Below, in pieces: positions 8,033 through 15,508 of a stretch of DNA of 18,906 nt. Every line of letters starts with the position of its first letter. The first letter of the stretch is position 1. The notes under the pieces were generated by a model. That model was not told where the DNA came from, did not search any database, and saw nothing but the letters and a program-made list of their open reading frames with translations. The translations under genes and the position numbers were made by a program. Source of the DNA: a virus (lineage: Duplodnaviria; Heunggongvirae; Uroviricota; Caudoviricetes); the IMG/VR virus record IMGVR_UViG_2778261382_000003. One strand, 5' to 3'.

Positions 8033-8416
8033 TCAATTAGAATTATTAGCAACGATATCCATATCTAACCGGATATCTAATGCCATTAACATCCCTTCAA
8101 TTATGCCCTCAGCCTTCTGTAACCTTTTCCCGATATAACCATCCGAGCAGCAATGCTTACTTGCCAGTGACATGAATGTCATACCACATACATAATAATC
8201 TACTAATAAATCGTGTAAATCGCTGTTGTTCTTTTTCAGACGGGCCATGCACCCGCAAATGATCATCGCGTCATCGTCACAACATTGCGGGCGAGATTTT
8301 ACTTTTGAAGGAATTAATCCCTTAAAACCGGCGGCAACGGACGACCAGGTCACATCTTCATGATTATTAGCCGCCCATGCCCCCCAACGCTCAAGAACCA
8401 TCTGAATATCACGCAT
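8033..8416 (-). CDS. Q: Late-gene antiterminator Q (phage 82 Q / QuuD family)
   Basis: 127-aa product from the ATG at 8414-8416 ([22 protein letters not shown]...[16 protein letters not shown]...) with the Cys-rich zinc-binding motif of Q82-type antiterminators. The track ORF begins 5 codons earlier at TTG. Position immediately upstream of the lysis region is canonical. Confidence 0.85.
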   Translation of the reverse strand: MRDIQMVLERWGAWAANNHEDVTWSSVAAGFKGLIPSKVKSRPQCCDDDAMIICGCMARLKKNNSDLHDLLVDYYVCGMTFMSLASKHCCSDGYIGKRLQKAEGIIEGMLMALDIRLDMDIVANNSN

Positions 8417-8534
8417 CAACTTTCCCCACAAAAATCAGGCTAGCACGCCAATTGCCAGCAAAAATCAATAAAACGATATAAGCGCAGGCGCACCCAGCGG
8501 CGGCGAAGACGTTCTGCCATATAAGACTCAAACA

Positions 8535-8897
8535 TCATTCATCTCCCAGTTCAGTGATGGTCAGTTCCAGCTTCCCACCTTTGGTAACAAGCATCTTCAC
8601 AACGCGGTAATCAACGACCAGCTCATCATCCAGCCAGAAACCTGCTTTAGTGAGTGCGTCAAAAGCGGCTTTTTGCAGATTATCCAGGTCACGGCGACGG
8701 CGATCCGGCATGTGGCACTCAATGCGGATTTTCACAGGCATAGACAGACCGATATCCAGCATTGAGCCTTTAATGATTCGGGCGACGTTATCACGGTATG
8801 CCTGCCCTTCTGCGCTGATGTGCGTGCGCCCGCGATTATGCCTGTAGTAGCGGTTATTGCTCGGCGGCCAGGGTAGTGTGATGTGGTAAGTATTCAC
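8535..8897 (-). CDS. rusA: RusA Holliday-junction resolvase
   Basis: 120-aa product from the GTG at 8895-8897 ([25 protein letters not shown]...[32 protein letters not shown]...) matches E. coli RusA including the catalytic DRRRRD region. The track ORF uses a farther upstream start. Confidence 0.9.
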   Translation of the reverse strand: MNTYHITLPWPPSNNRYYRHNRGRTHISAEGQAYRDNVARIIKGSMLDIGLSMPVKIRIECHMPDRRRRDLDNLQKAAFDALTKAGFWLDDELVVDYRVVKMLVTKGGKLELTITELGDE

Positions 8898-9184
8898 GCC
8901 TTGATTACCCCCTCTTTCAGCCAGATAACCTGCGTTCTCGCCATACCTTCCAGCGCGCATTCTTTTGCGTACTCAGCATCGACAAAATGCGTGCGGCGGT
9001 CGATTTCGTCGTGACAGGCAGAACAGGCAATGGTGGCAATAAGGTCTGGCGGTTTAATACCGGTGCCGCACAATCCAGCCAGCCGGATATGTGCCAGTAC
9101 AGACGTTTCAGGGTTGCCATTACATACGCCAGTGATTCTTACCTGGCATTCCCGACCACGCGCTGCTTTTCTCAAATCAGCCAT
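8894..9184 (-). CDS. ybcO: YbcO-like nin-region protein (DUF1364, Cys-rich putative nuclease)
   Basis: 96-aa product from the ATG at 9182-9184 ([35 protein letters not shown]...[12 protein letters not shown]...). Overlaps the rusA start by 4 nt. Family name from memory of DLP12. Confidence 0.8.
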   Translation of the reverse strand: MADLRKAARGRECQVRITGVCNGNPETSVLAHIRLAGLCGTGIKPPDLIATIACSACHDEIDRRTHFVDAEYAKECALEGMARTQVIWLKEGVIKA

Positions 9185-9347
9185 GATTCCTCCTTGCTGC
9201 CAGTCGCAACCATTTTTTATCAACCAGGCTGGCGGTATATCCGAGCAGTGTTGGTATTTCGGAAGGCTTCAGCTCAGGTTTACGCTTACGACGATTTGGT
9301 ACTCTGTAAATGTGCCCGTTCATGACACGAATAAGCGGTGTAGCCAT
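9177..9347 (-). CDS. ninE: NinE
   Basis: 56-aa ORF translated by hand, absent from the track because it is under 60 aa: [59 protein letters not shown] at 9345-9347 overlaps the ybcN stop; its 3' end overlaps the ybcO start. Confidence 0.75.
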   Translation of the reverse strand: MATPLIRVMNGHIYRVPNRRKRKPELKPSEIPTLLGYTASLVDKKWLRLAARRNHG

Positions 9348-9802
9348 TACGCCTCCTGCTTGTCACGGAGCAGCTGGAACTCGCAGCTCTGCGGAATAGT
9401 CAGGTGGCAGCCAATATTCACCGCCCAGGCTTCAACCTTACACAGGAAGACATACATCTCTCCGGTATCAAGATCGGAGGTATGGCGTAACGACTGGATA
9501 GTGGTGATATCACCGGTTACGACATCAACCAGGTCTTTGGTTTCATAACCGAGATATGTGTGTTTGAGAGCATCTTTTACCCAAGCTGGAGTGGCGAACG
9601 TTTTACCCCTGTTGATGAGGTATTCACTGATTTCGCTGTACCACATGTGGCTGAGTGCATTCTGGGAAAGACTGCGTTTCTCACGCCACGGTTTAAGCAC
9701 CATGCGAAAGCATTTGCCCTCCTCCAGATAAGGCTGGATCTGCTGACCGATAGCAGTGAAGTTACCACGATGCAATTTGATGCCGTCTTGTGGGAGGTTC
9801 AC
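9347..9802 (-). CDS. ybcN: YbcN-like nin-region protein (DUF1367)
   Basis: 151 aa. GTG start at 9800-9802 with SD ggagg 7 nt upstream. First gene of a tightly overlapping ybcN-ninE-ybcO-rusA block, the gene order of DLP12-type nin regions. Confidence 0.8.
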   Translation of the reverse strand: MNLPQDGIKLHRGNFTAIGQQIQPYLEEGKCFRMVLKPWREKRSLSQNALSHMWYSEISEYLINRGKTFATPAWVKDALKHTYLGYETKDLVDVVTGDITTIQSLRHTSDLDTGEMYVFLCKVEAWAVNIGCHLTIPQSCEFQLLRDKQEA

Positions 9803-9829
9803 GCTTCACCTCCGCAGAGGTCAAACGCT

Positions 9830-9951
9830 GGATGCAAAAAATCGCAGGTGCATCTCTGCATCTGTGAAGGGAGAAGAGAGTTTGGATTGTATGTGCGCAT
9901 AAACGTCCCCGTTTAGCGCAGAAGTCACCGGAGTTGTTCAAGCTCCAATGG
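9830..9951. repeat. Direct repeat copy A (~120 bp), immediately upstream of ybcN
   Basis: 9830-9934 aligns to 11764-11868 with 7 mismatches in 105 bp; weaker similarity continues to 9951/11885. Contains an imperfect hairpin (gcgcataaacg tccc cgtttagcgc, plus-strand orientation) and an A/T run. On the minus strand it encodes a 35-aa ORF from GTG at 9926-9928. Confidence 0.85.
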
Positions 9952-9996
9952 CATGATTATGGCTGGTTGATTATTGGAAATCAAATGTGCTGAAAA

Positions 9997-10506
9997 TTAG
10001 TCTGCCAAGTCTTCCTCAGTCGCAACTGGGTAATTCCAAATATCAAAAAAAGCTATAGCCTCCTGCCATTTGCTCCATAAGTTATCAAGTACTTGTGTAG
10101 GTTCCGTACTTTTAAAAACAGAATCAGCCGCATCACCGTTATGAACTTCCTCGTACAGTTCCATTATTAGCAGATTAACAAAGTACTGTTTCAACATTAA
10201 TGCCTGATTACCTTCTTTCTGCTGGCTATCCTGCTTGATGATCTCCATCGCCCGTACTAGGCACCTGATGATATCCGCTGCATCATTAACGCTCCATTCA
10301 GATCCGCGCTTATCTTTAGCTGATGAATTGGCTCTCTCAGCGCAAGCCTTTAAAGACTCATAAAGGTAAACTCTATTATGTAGCTGCAGCGCTTTTTTTG
10401 ACGTGTACCAACTTGCAAGCGCCGACCCCGCTGCGGCTAATGTGCCAAACGCAGAAATGCCTGCTGCTATTGCACTTAAGTCGGCACTGTCAAAGTTCCA
10501 CATCAT
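9997..10506 (-). CDS. Hypothetical membrane-anchored protein (169 aa, one N-terminal TM helix)
   Basis: ATG ATG start at 10501-10506 with SD (aaggtg). N-terminus SADLSAIAAGISAFGTLAAAGSALASWY is hydrophobic. Own AT-rich promoter region upstream (10507-10680). No family recognised. Confidence 0.6.
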   Translation of the reverse strand: MMWNFDSADLSAIAAGISAFGTLAAAGSALASWYTSKKALQLHNRVYLYESLKACAERANSSAKDKRGSEWSVNDAADIIRCLVRAMEIIKQDSQQKEGNQALMLKQYFVNLLIMELYEEVHNGDAADSVFKSTEPTQVLDNLWSKWQEAIAFFDIWNYPVATEEDLAD

Positions 10507-10680
10507 CGTTACACCTTATATAAACACCCCTCAGTAATATCCAATAAGGTATGTGAACAATCAATATAATTTATATCCGTATCGGCACATAGCGATTTTA
10601 ATGCTACTGATAATGGTATCTTTTAGATTATATCGTCCAGTTCCAGTACCCGTATTTTATGAAATGGACTCGCACATTAC

Positions 10681-10722
10681 CAAAAAAAATGCCAGCACTT
10701 CCGTCATCGCAGAATGCTGGCA
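10681..10722 (-). terminator. Putative rho-independent terminator (minus strand) after the Bro-N gene
   Basis: Stem gccagca / tgctggc (10691-10697 and 10715-10721). On the minus strand it is followed by eight T (plus-strand A-run 10682-10689). Confidence 0.5.
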
Positions 10723-10741
10723 GTATTTCTAACTAGTGACT

Positions 10742-11350
10742 TTATTGCAACAGATTCTGACGGAAATATGGTAACACACGACTCCACTTATCATCCTGCC
10801 ACGGTTGGAATTTTACATGCGCCGTTTCTCTGGCAAGGATTTCTCGCGCCCTGTTGAGTATCCGAGGATATTCTTGTTCGATTGAAGTGAATCTACCTGC
10901 TTCGCGATGCTCTGCGACCTGAAGAAGGGGCGTAACGTTCTGGCAGGCGGTTAACATCGTATCACTTGCTCGCCATAACCAGGCGAGTGTGCAAAGTTCG
11001 TTATCAGTGAATTGTTTTGTGATTGGGGATTGTTGAACTTCTCGATCGAGAATATCCAGAACCCAGCGGCGGAATTCTTTGGCCACAGGAGTACGAGCAA
11101 ACATGGCGATCAAATGGGCTCCGCGAAGGCTAAATACTCGAGACTCCTGCATTCCACGAGGGGTGGTCACTTTGACCACCCTTGTCATCATATCTGTGAA
11201 TTCATCTGAGTGCCGAGAGTAAATGCGCTGAACTGCTTTATCGTCCGCATATTCCAGTGCTAAACCAACTTCAGTGGCAGTAAGCCAAATTCTGTTATTG
11301 TGGCAAATCGGGGTAAACGTCGTTTTGTGGAATGCTAATTGAGTAGTCAT
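10742..11350 (-). CDS. Bro-N domain protein (prophage antirepressor-like), 202 aa
   Basis: N-terminal region FTPICHNNRIWLTATEVGLALEYAD...VFSLRGAHLIAMFARTPVAKEFRRWVLDILDREV matches the Bro-N / KilA-N-like pattern (..AkeFr.Wv...) from memory. Flanked by its own promoter region and terminator. Confidence 0.7.
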   Translation of the reverse strand: MTTQLAFHKTTFTPICHNNRIWLTATEVGLALEYADDKAVQRIYSRHSDEFTDMMTRVVKVTTPRGMQESRVFSLRGAHLIAMFARTPVAKEFRRWVLDILDREVQQSPITKQFTDNELCTLAWLWRASDTMLTACQNVTPLLQVAEHREAGRFTSIEQEYPRILNRAREILARETAHVKFQPWQDDKWSRVLPYFRQNLLQ

Positions 11351-11505
11351 AGTATCACCTCATCAGGTTAACCATCACCACCAACGACGCCAATCGACTG
11401 GTGGTGAACTGTGTAAGGTTGGCGTAACCGGCTACTCAAACCCGGCGCTTCCGAAGAAGCCCTCACACAGCCCACCATAATTTGGGCATAGCCGTGCTTA
11501 GCGCA

Positions 11506-11527
11506 CAAAAAAACCGCTTAACGCGGT
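11506..11527 (-). terminator. Putative small rho-independent terminator (minus strand)
   Basis: Minus strand: accgc-gttaa-gcggt followed by seven T (plus-strand a7 at 11507-11513). Lies about 90 bp downstream of the 82-aa ORF. Confidence 0.4.
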
Positions 11528-11613
11528 ATGCGTTGAGTAGTATCCCGGGACGCCAATCCCGTGTGCCGATTTTGCGGCAACGCACAGAATATAGCGCCGG
11601 ATAAATCATGTCG

Positions 11614-11862
11614 TCAACCCCAGTAAATGGACACCATGATGATCACAGCCATAGCTGCTACAACAGTTACAACTACCTCAGGCCAAAACATAACGATTTC
11701 CATATCACCTTTAGCCGCCAGACGAATAGAGACTCCCAATTCTGGCTGTCGAAGTAAAACACCGAATGTAAAAAATCGTAGGTGCATTTCTGCATCTGTG
11801 AATGGAGATGAGAGTTTGGATTGTGTGTGCGCATAAACGTCCCCGTTTAGCGCAGAAGTCAC
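11614..11862 (-). CDS. Hypothetical small protein (82 aa, C-terminal hydrophobic segment); N-terminal 31 codons lie inside repeat copy B
   Basis: GTG start at 11860-11862; C-terminus IVMFWPEVVVTVVAAMAVIIMVSIYWG is hydrophobic. Its first 31 codons are shared with a 35-aa ORF in repeat copy A, differing by 4 synonymous and 1 non-synonymous changes. Weak RBS; coding status uncertain. Confidence 0.3.
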   Translation of the reverse strand: MTSALNGDVYAHTQSKLSSPFTDAEMHLRFFTFGVLLRQPELGVSIRLAAKGDMEIVMFWPEVVVTVVAAMAVIIMVSIYWG

Positions 11863-11885
11863 CGGAGTTTTTTAGGCTCCGATGA
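11764..11885. repeat. Direct repeat copy B (~120 bp)
   Basis: See copy A; 93 percent identity over 105 bp, same orientation, 1934 bp offset. Confidence 0.85.
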
Positions 11886-11981
11886 CAATATTATGGCTTT
11901 TTTATTTCTAAATTCAAAACTTGAAAATATTAAGATTCGCTTTTAAATCAACCCTAAACAACTGAAGATAACATCTGATAG

Positions 11982-12941
11982 TCAGCTAATTGCAAAGATA
12001 TTAAAAATAACTTTAGGGAGTGCGAAAGATGAAATAAAAAGCACAACCATAAAAATGGCATGCTTAATAAATGATGAGCTTGTAAAAAAAGCTCCTCCCT
12101 TGCTAATTCCTGCCATAAAAACAAAGATAAAGCTAATTAAGCACGACCATATCACTAACAAAACTGAGATTGACATGCTTAAAGACATATCGCGAGAAAA
12201 TACGTTTACTGAAATAGAAATGAAAGTAAAGAAAGAAGCAAATAAAGCAATGACACCCAGCATTGAGTTCCTTGCTGTAATTACTTCCGATTCAAAGCTT
12301 TTAACTTTCTCATGTATATCTTTTTCAGCATTTGATAATGTTGCATCAAATTGCTCAATCTTTGCAGTTTGCTGAGATAATGAAGACATTACCTTACCTA
12401 TTTTTCTTTTAGTATCATTAATATTCTTTTTGCTCTTATTCAACTCTTGCGAAAAATTGGTTAGTTGATCATTGATATTTTTCCAGAGGATGTTATCAAT
12501 ATCACTTTTTGTATATTTTTTTACATTCTCTTTATTAAAAGAAATTGTAGATTCAGAATTATTATTAACAAAGTAATTAGATAAAATGGCATTAGAGACA
12601 GTATTATCCATCACCGGCACAGTTGCTTTTGAACTGTATTTTATAGCTTCATGCAACATTTCTTTTTCATTAACAAAAAGAGAGGTTTTTATTAATTTTT
12701 GTGGTGCCGCGTCTTTGATGGATATACTTTCCCGCTCTTTATTTGAAGCTGTTGCAGTTTTATTATCTATCTGCAAATTACTAATTTTTTGTACCCCTCC
12801 TGTATACGTAGATGTACTATTCGATACTTGTGAATTAGAATAAAGTGAATGATGCGCAGTTCTTTTTGCCATGTCATCGTTGACTATAGCATTATTTTTT
12901 GCAGTTCTTTTTATATCCTTTTTATTATCATCCTTATTCAT
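11982..12941 (-). CDS. Hypothetical protein, 319 aa: low-complexity Ser/Thr/Asn-rich N-terminus, predicted helical / coiled-coil middle, about three C-terminal transmembrane helices; candidate membrane effector of a defence / exclusion module
   Basis: ATG at 12939-12941 with good SD (gaggtgg), 14 nt after the stop of the upstream gene. C-terminal hydrophobic segments MLGVIALFASFFTFISISVNVF, ISVLLVIWSCLISFIFVFMAGI, AIFMVVLFISSFALPKVIFNIFAI. About 27-30 percent GC against about 50 percent in flanking phage genes. Confidence 0.7.
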   Translation of the reverse strand: MNKDDNKKDIKRTAKNNAIVNDDMAKRTAHHSLYSNSQVSNSTSTYTGGVQKISNLQIDNKTATASNKERESISIKDAAPQKLIKTSLFVNEKEMLHEAIKYSSKATVPVMDNTVSNAILSNYFVNNNSESTISFNKENVKKYTKSDIDNILWKNINDQLTNFSQELNKSKKNINDTKRKIGKVMSSLSQQTAKIEQFDATLSNAEKDIHEKVKSFESEVITARNSMLGVIALFASFFTFISISVNVFSRDMSLSMSISVLLVIWSCLISFIFVFMAGISKGGAFFTSSSFIKHAIFMVVLFISSFALPKVIFNIFAIS

Positions 12942-12955
12942 TCAGCCACCTCACA

Positions 12956-13621
12956 TTACTGAATTTCATTCACTTTACTTAAAAAGGCTTTTTTTGTTTT
13001 TTCTGCGGTATATTTATCTTTAAATATAAAACTCTCGATTGTATTCACATCGATCTGTTTCACTAGCATTGGTTGTTCTCTGACAATATCATATCCTGAC
13101 ATAATCGACAAATGACAATTAAATATGGACTGCTCAAACTCGAATTTTTTATTATACATTAAATTAATATCTTCAATTATTTCGCTATCATTCTGCATGT
13201 TGTTACTAAGATAGTTTTTAACAATCTCTTTGTTTGGGTTGTTGTTTAATTCCGCCTTAACGGCCACCAAGCCTATTCTGATAATATCCTTATTGAGTTC
13301 TTTATGGATATCAACCACACTATCGAAAACTTCTTGAAACAAATGTAAGTCTACCTCTTGCTCAGAATCCATACGTTCAAAAAACAAATCACATCTCTGC
13401 AGTGAGCATTGAACTCTAAATTTATTATCTATAGAAAACAATTGGAGACGAGGAATCTCTGGTGGGGTATCCATAGGTAAAACGCCCAACATCATATTGT
13501 TTGTTAATTCAATACCTGCCTTCTTTTTAAAAGTTTGCCTAATAAAATACGACATTCCATCGAAATCGACAGTCGTTGATGAATCGTAAAAAAATACCAT
13601 TTGTAACTGTATGATTTTCAT
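12956..13621 (-). CDS. Hypothetical soluble protein, 221 aa; first gene of the AT-rich two-gene operon (candidate sensor / partner)
   Basis: ATG at 13619-13621, 152 bp after the P stop with an AT-rich promoter-like region between. Very AT-rich codon usage. No recognised motif. Confidence 0.7.
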   Translation of the reverse strand: MKIIQLQMVFFYDSSTTVDFDGMSYFIRQTFKKKAGIELTNNMMLGVLPMDTPPEIPRLQLFSIDNKFRVQCSLQRCDLFFERMDSEQEVDLHLFQEVFDSVVDIHKELNKDIIRIGLVAVKAELNNNPNKEIVKNYLSNNMQNDSEIIEDINLMYNKKFEFEQSIFNCHLSIMSGYDIVREQPMLVKQIDVNTIESFIFKDKYTAEKTKKAFLSKVNEIQ

Positions 13622-13773
13622 CCTATATTCCAGGTTTCAGCAATGTAAATTTGGCGCATTATTCTAGCTTACAACAGCAACATTTTTGAAGGGCTTTGCT
13701 AAAACTTTTATTCCCAGTGGCATTAATTTCAACCAATAGGACCTGAACAGAAAAAAACATAAAAATCAATGCA

Positions 13774-14496
13774 TTATTTCGAAATCTTTTTATATAATGC
13801 TTTTCCCCCTTTCAGCCCAAACTTAGCTTTGATTTCTGCGATCTTCGCCAGAGCCTGTGCACGATTTAGAGGCCTACCGCCCATGACAGGAAGTTGTTTT
13901 ACTGGTTCAGGTATCGCCTCACCACGGTTAATTCGCGCGGTCATACAGGTCAGCTCATCGGCAGCCTTGCGCCGTAATTCCGCGTCAGTCAACGCATTGG
14001 CCCGCATGTTCTGATACAGGTTGGTAACCAGCCAGTAGTGCGCGTTTGATTTCCACGGATAAGACTCTGCATCCGGATACAGCCCGCGCTTCCGGCAATA
14101 CTCGTAAACCATATCAACCAGCTCGCTGGCGTTTGGCAGCCCGGCGGTAACGGATGCTTCTTCCCGGCACCAGGCGACAAACTGCCCGGGTGATGGCAGG
14201 AATGGTCGATTCTGCCGACGGGCTACGCGCATTCCAGCGTTAACCTGTTCCATTGTGGTGATCCCGTTTTCCCGAAAAGCCAGCACCCACTGGCGGCGGA
14301 TTTCGTTCAGTTCATTCTGGTCACAGTTAGCCAGGCTCGCCGGGAAAGTTGCCAGTAACTGGCTGAACACACCGTTGATGATCTGCGCTACCTGCTGTAC
14401 CTGCGGCTTTTCGTCGTACTGTTCCGGCATGTTGTTGGCGATCCGACGCATCTGCTCACGGTCAAAGTTAACCATCTGTGCGGCGATGTTTTTCAT
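13774..14496 (-). CDS. P: Replication protein P (lambda P-like DnaB helicase loader)
   Basis: MKNIAAQMVNFDREQMRRIANNMPEQYDEKPQVQQVAQIINGVFSQ... is near-identical to lambda P over most of its length. ATG (14494-14496) overlaps the O stop (ATGA). The last ~10 residues (..KFGLKGGKALYKKISK) differ from lambda P as I recall it (..KFGLKGASV). Confidence 0.9.
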   Translation of the reverse strand: MKNIAAQMVNFDREQMRRIANNMPEQYDEKPQVQQVAQIINGVFSQLLATFPASLANCDQNELNEIRRQWVLAFRENGITTMEQVNAGMRVARRQNRPFLPSPGQFVAWCREEASVTAGLPNASELVDMVYEYCRKRGLYPDAESYPWKSNAHYWLVTNLYQNMRANALTDAELRRKAADELTCMTARINRGEAIPEPVKQLPVMGGRPLNRAQALAKIAEIKAKFGLKGGKALYKKISK

Positions 14497-15422
14497 AAAT
14501 CCACCCCGCAAATCCAGTCAGTGTTTGTCAGGTCGAGTTTTGGTTTTCTGGCTATCATGCCTGCCTGTTGCTTGTTACGGTTGATTTCGAGTTGGGTCCA
14601 CTTGTCGCGGAGTTTGGCCGGACTTAGCACGTTACCGGACCAGAAGTTGTCCTGGCATGCCCAGCGGAACAGCACGCACATGTCGCGGTGGTTACGTCCG
14701 TCACGTTCACGCATCAGGCGGATATCGTTAGCCCACCCTGCAAAATTCGGTTTTCTGGCTGATGGCGCGATGGTCTTCACCATGTCAAACATCCACTCTG
14801 CGGCGGTCAGGTCTTCTGCTGTCCCCCACTTGCTGCCGCTCTGAATTGCAGCATCCGGTTTCACCACAGGAAGATCGTTTTCTGGTTGGTCAGAGGATTC
14901 GCCAGAATTCTCGGACGAAAAAGGTTTTATATTGTCTTTTGTTAGTTTGTCTTTTGTGTTTACCTGATTCGGGTAAACGCCTTTACCTGATTTGGGTAAA
15001 CTTTTTTTACCTGATTCAGGTAAATTTACCTCTTTCAGGTAAACTTTATTTTTCTTACCTGATTCGGGTAATGTTGACCATTCACTGACCACATTATTAA
15101 TGCCGGTATTCCGCCCGCTCTGAATAAAAATCCCACGCTTTACCAGAACACTTTTTGCAGCAGAACACTTGTGCGGCAATATCCCGGTTAATTCGGAAAG
15201 TTGCTCGTTGCTAACCCAATCCAGTTTTTTATTAAAGCCATATGTTTTGCGCATGACAGCCAGAAAGACCAGAAGCTGGTGCTGTGTTAATCCGGCCAGC
15301 ATCACAGCTTCCAGCAACTCATTTGCAATGCGCGTATAACCATCATCGAGATCTGCCACGCGCGGCTCCTTTTGTGCCGCATCCGGCACTGGAAAATTGA
15401 ATATCTCAGCAGTGTTTGCCAT
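14493..15422 (-). CDS. O: Replication initiator O (lambda O-like; divergent N-terminal iteron-binding domain, lambda-like C-terminal domain)
   Basis: Start at ATG 15420-15422 with strong SD (gggagga); the track ORF starts farther upstream. The C-terminal two-thirds (..LPESGKKNKVYLKEVNLPESGKKSLPKSGKGVYPNQ...WTQLEINRNKQQAG..KPKLDLTNTDWI.GVDL) is essentially lambda O from memory; the N-terminal ~110 aa are clearly different. Confidence 0.9.
   Translation of the reverse strand: MANTAEIFNFPVPDAAQKEPRVADLDDGYTRIANELLEAVMLAGLTQHQLLVFLAVMRKTYGFNKKLDWVSNEQLSELTGILPHKCSAAKSVLVKRGIFIQSGRNTGINNVVSEWSTLPESGKKNKVYLKEVNLPESGKKSLPKSGKGVYPNQVNTKDKLTKDNIKPFSSENSGESSDQPENDLPVVKPDAAIQSGSKWGTAEDLTAAEWMFDMVKTIAPSARKPNFAGWANDIRLMRERDGRNHRDMCVLFRWACQDNFWSGNVLSPAKLRDKWTQLEINRNKQQAGMIARKPKLDLTNTDWICGVDL
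14960..15071. repeat. Origin of replication iterons (ori) inside the O gene
   Basis: Five copies of a 17-bp inverted-repeat unit ttacc-N7-ggtaa (ttacctgattcgggtaa at 14960 and 15055, variants at 14983, 15007, 15026). AT-rich stretch adjacent at about 14900-14959. They encode the O linker, as the lambda ori does. Confidence 0.75.
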
Positions 15423-15508
15423 AATTCCTCCCGCAATGAGTGTGTTACGATTTGCACCTGAAAGTCGGTTCTGTTCCAGCAGACCGGCTTTCGCCATTTC
15501 TGAACCTG

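Noticed and set aside
8432-8534. Possible ylcG-like tiny ORF between rusA and Q
   Set aside because: A 32-codon minus-strand frame exists, but I could not match it to a remembered ylcG sequence and it is too short to call from sequence alone.
8650-9916. Plus-strand ORFs across the nin region (8650-8847, 8987-9325, 9030-9548, 9560-9916) and minus-strand 8917-9120, 9577-9768
   Set aside because: They overlap the recognisable minus-strand rusA, ybcO, ninE and ybcN genes and have Arg/Ser/Cys-rich translations characteristic of antisense frames.
12055-12843. Plus-strand ORFs (12055-12375, 12586-12843) within the AT-rich cassette
   Set aside because: Antisense to the better-supported 319-aa gene, which has an RBS, operon context and coherent TM domain. 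AT-rich sequence readily yields such open frames.
14960-15071. Possible CRISPR array or tandem repeat locus
   Set aside because: The five repeats are 17-bp inverted-repeat iterons with irregular 19-29 bp spacing, located inside the O gene and encoding its linker. This is the replication origin, not a CRISPR array; no cas genes or regular spacers are present.
13989-15088. Antisense ORFs inside P and O (13989-14180 -, 14255-14584 +, 14521-14844 +, 14762-15088 +)
   Set aside because: Embedded within the lambda-like O and P coding sequences, whose translations match known proteins; the alternate frames have no support.
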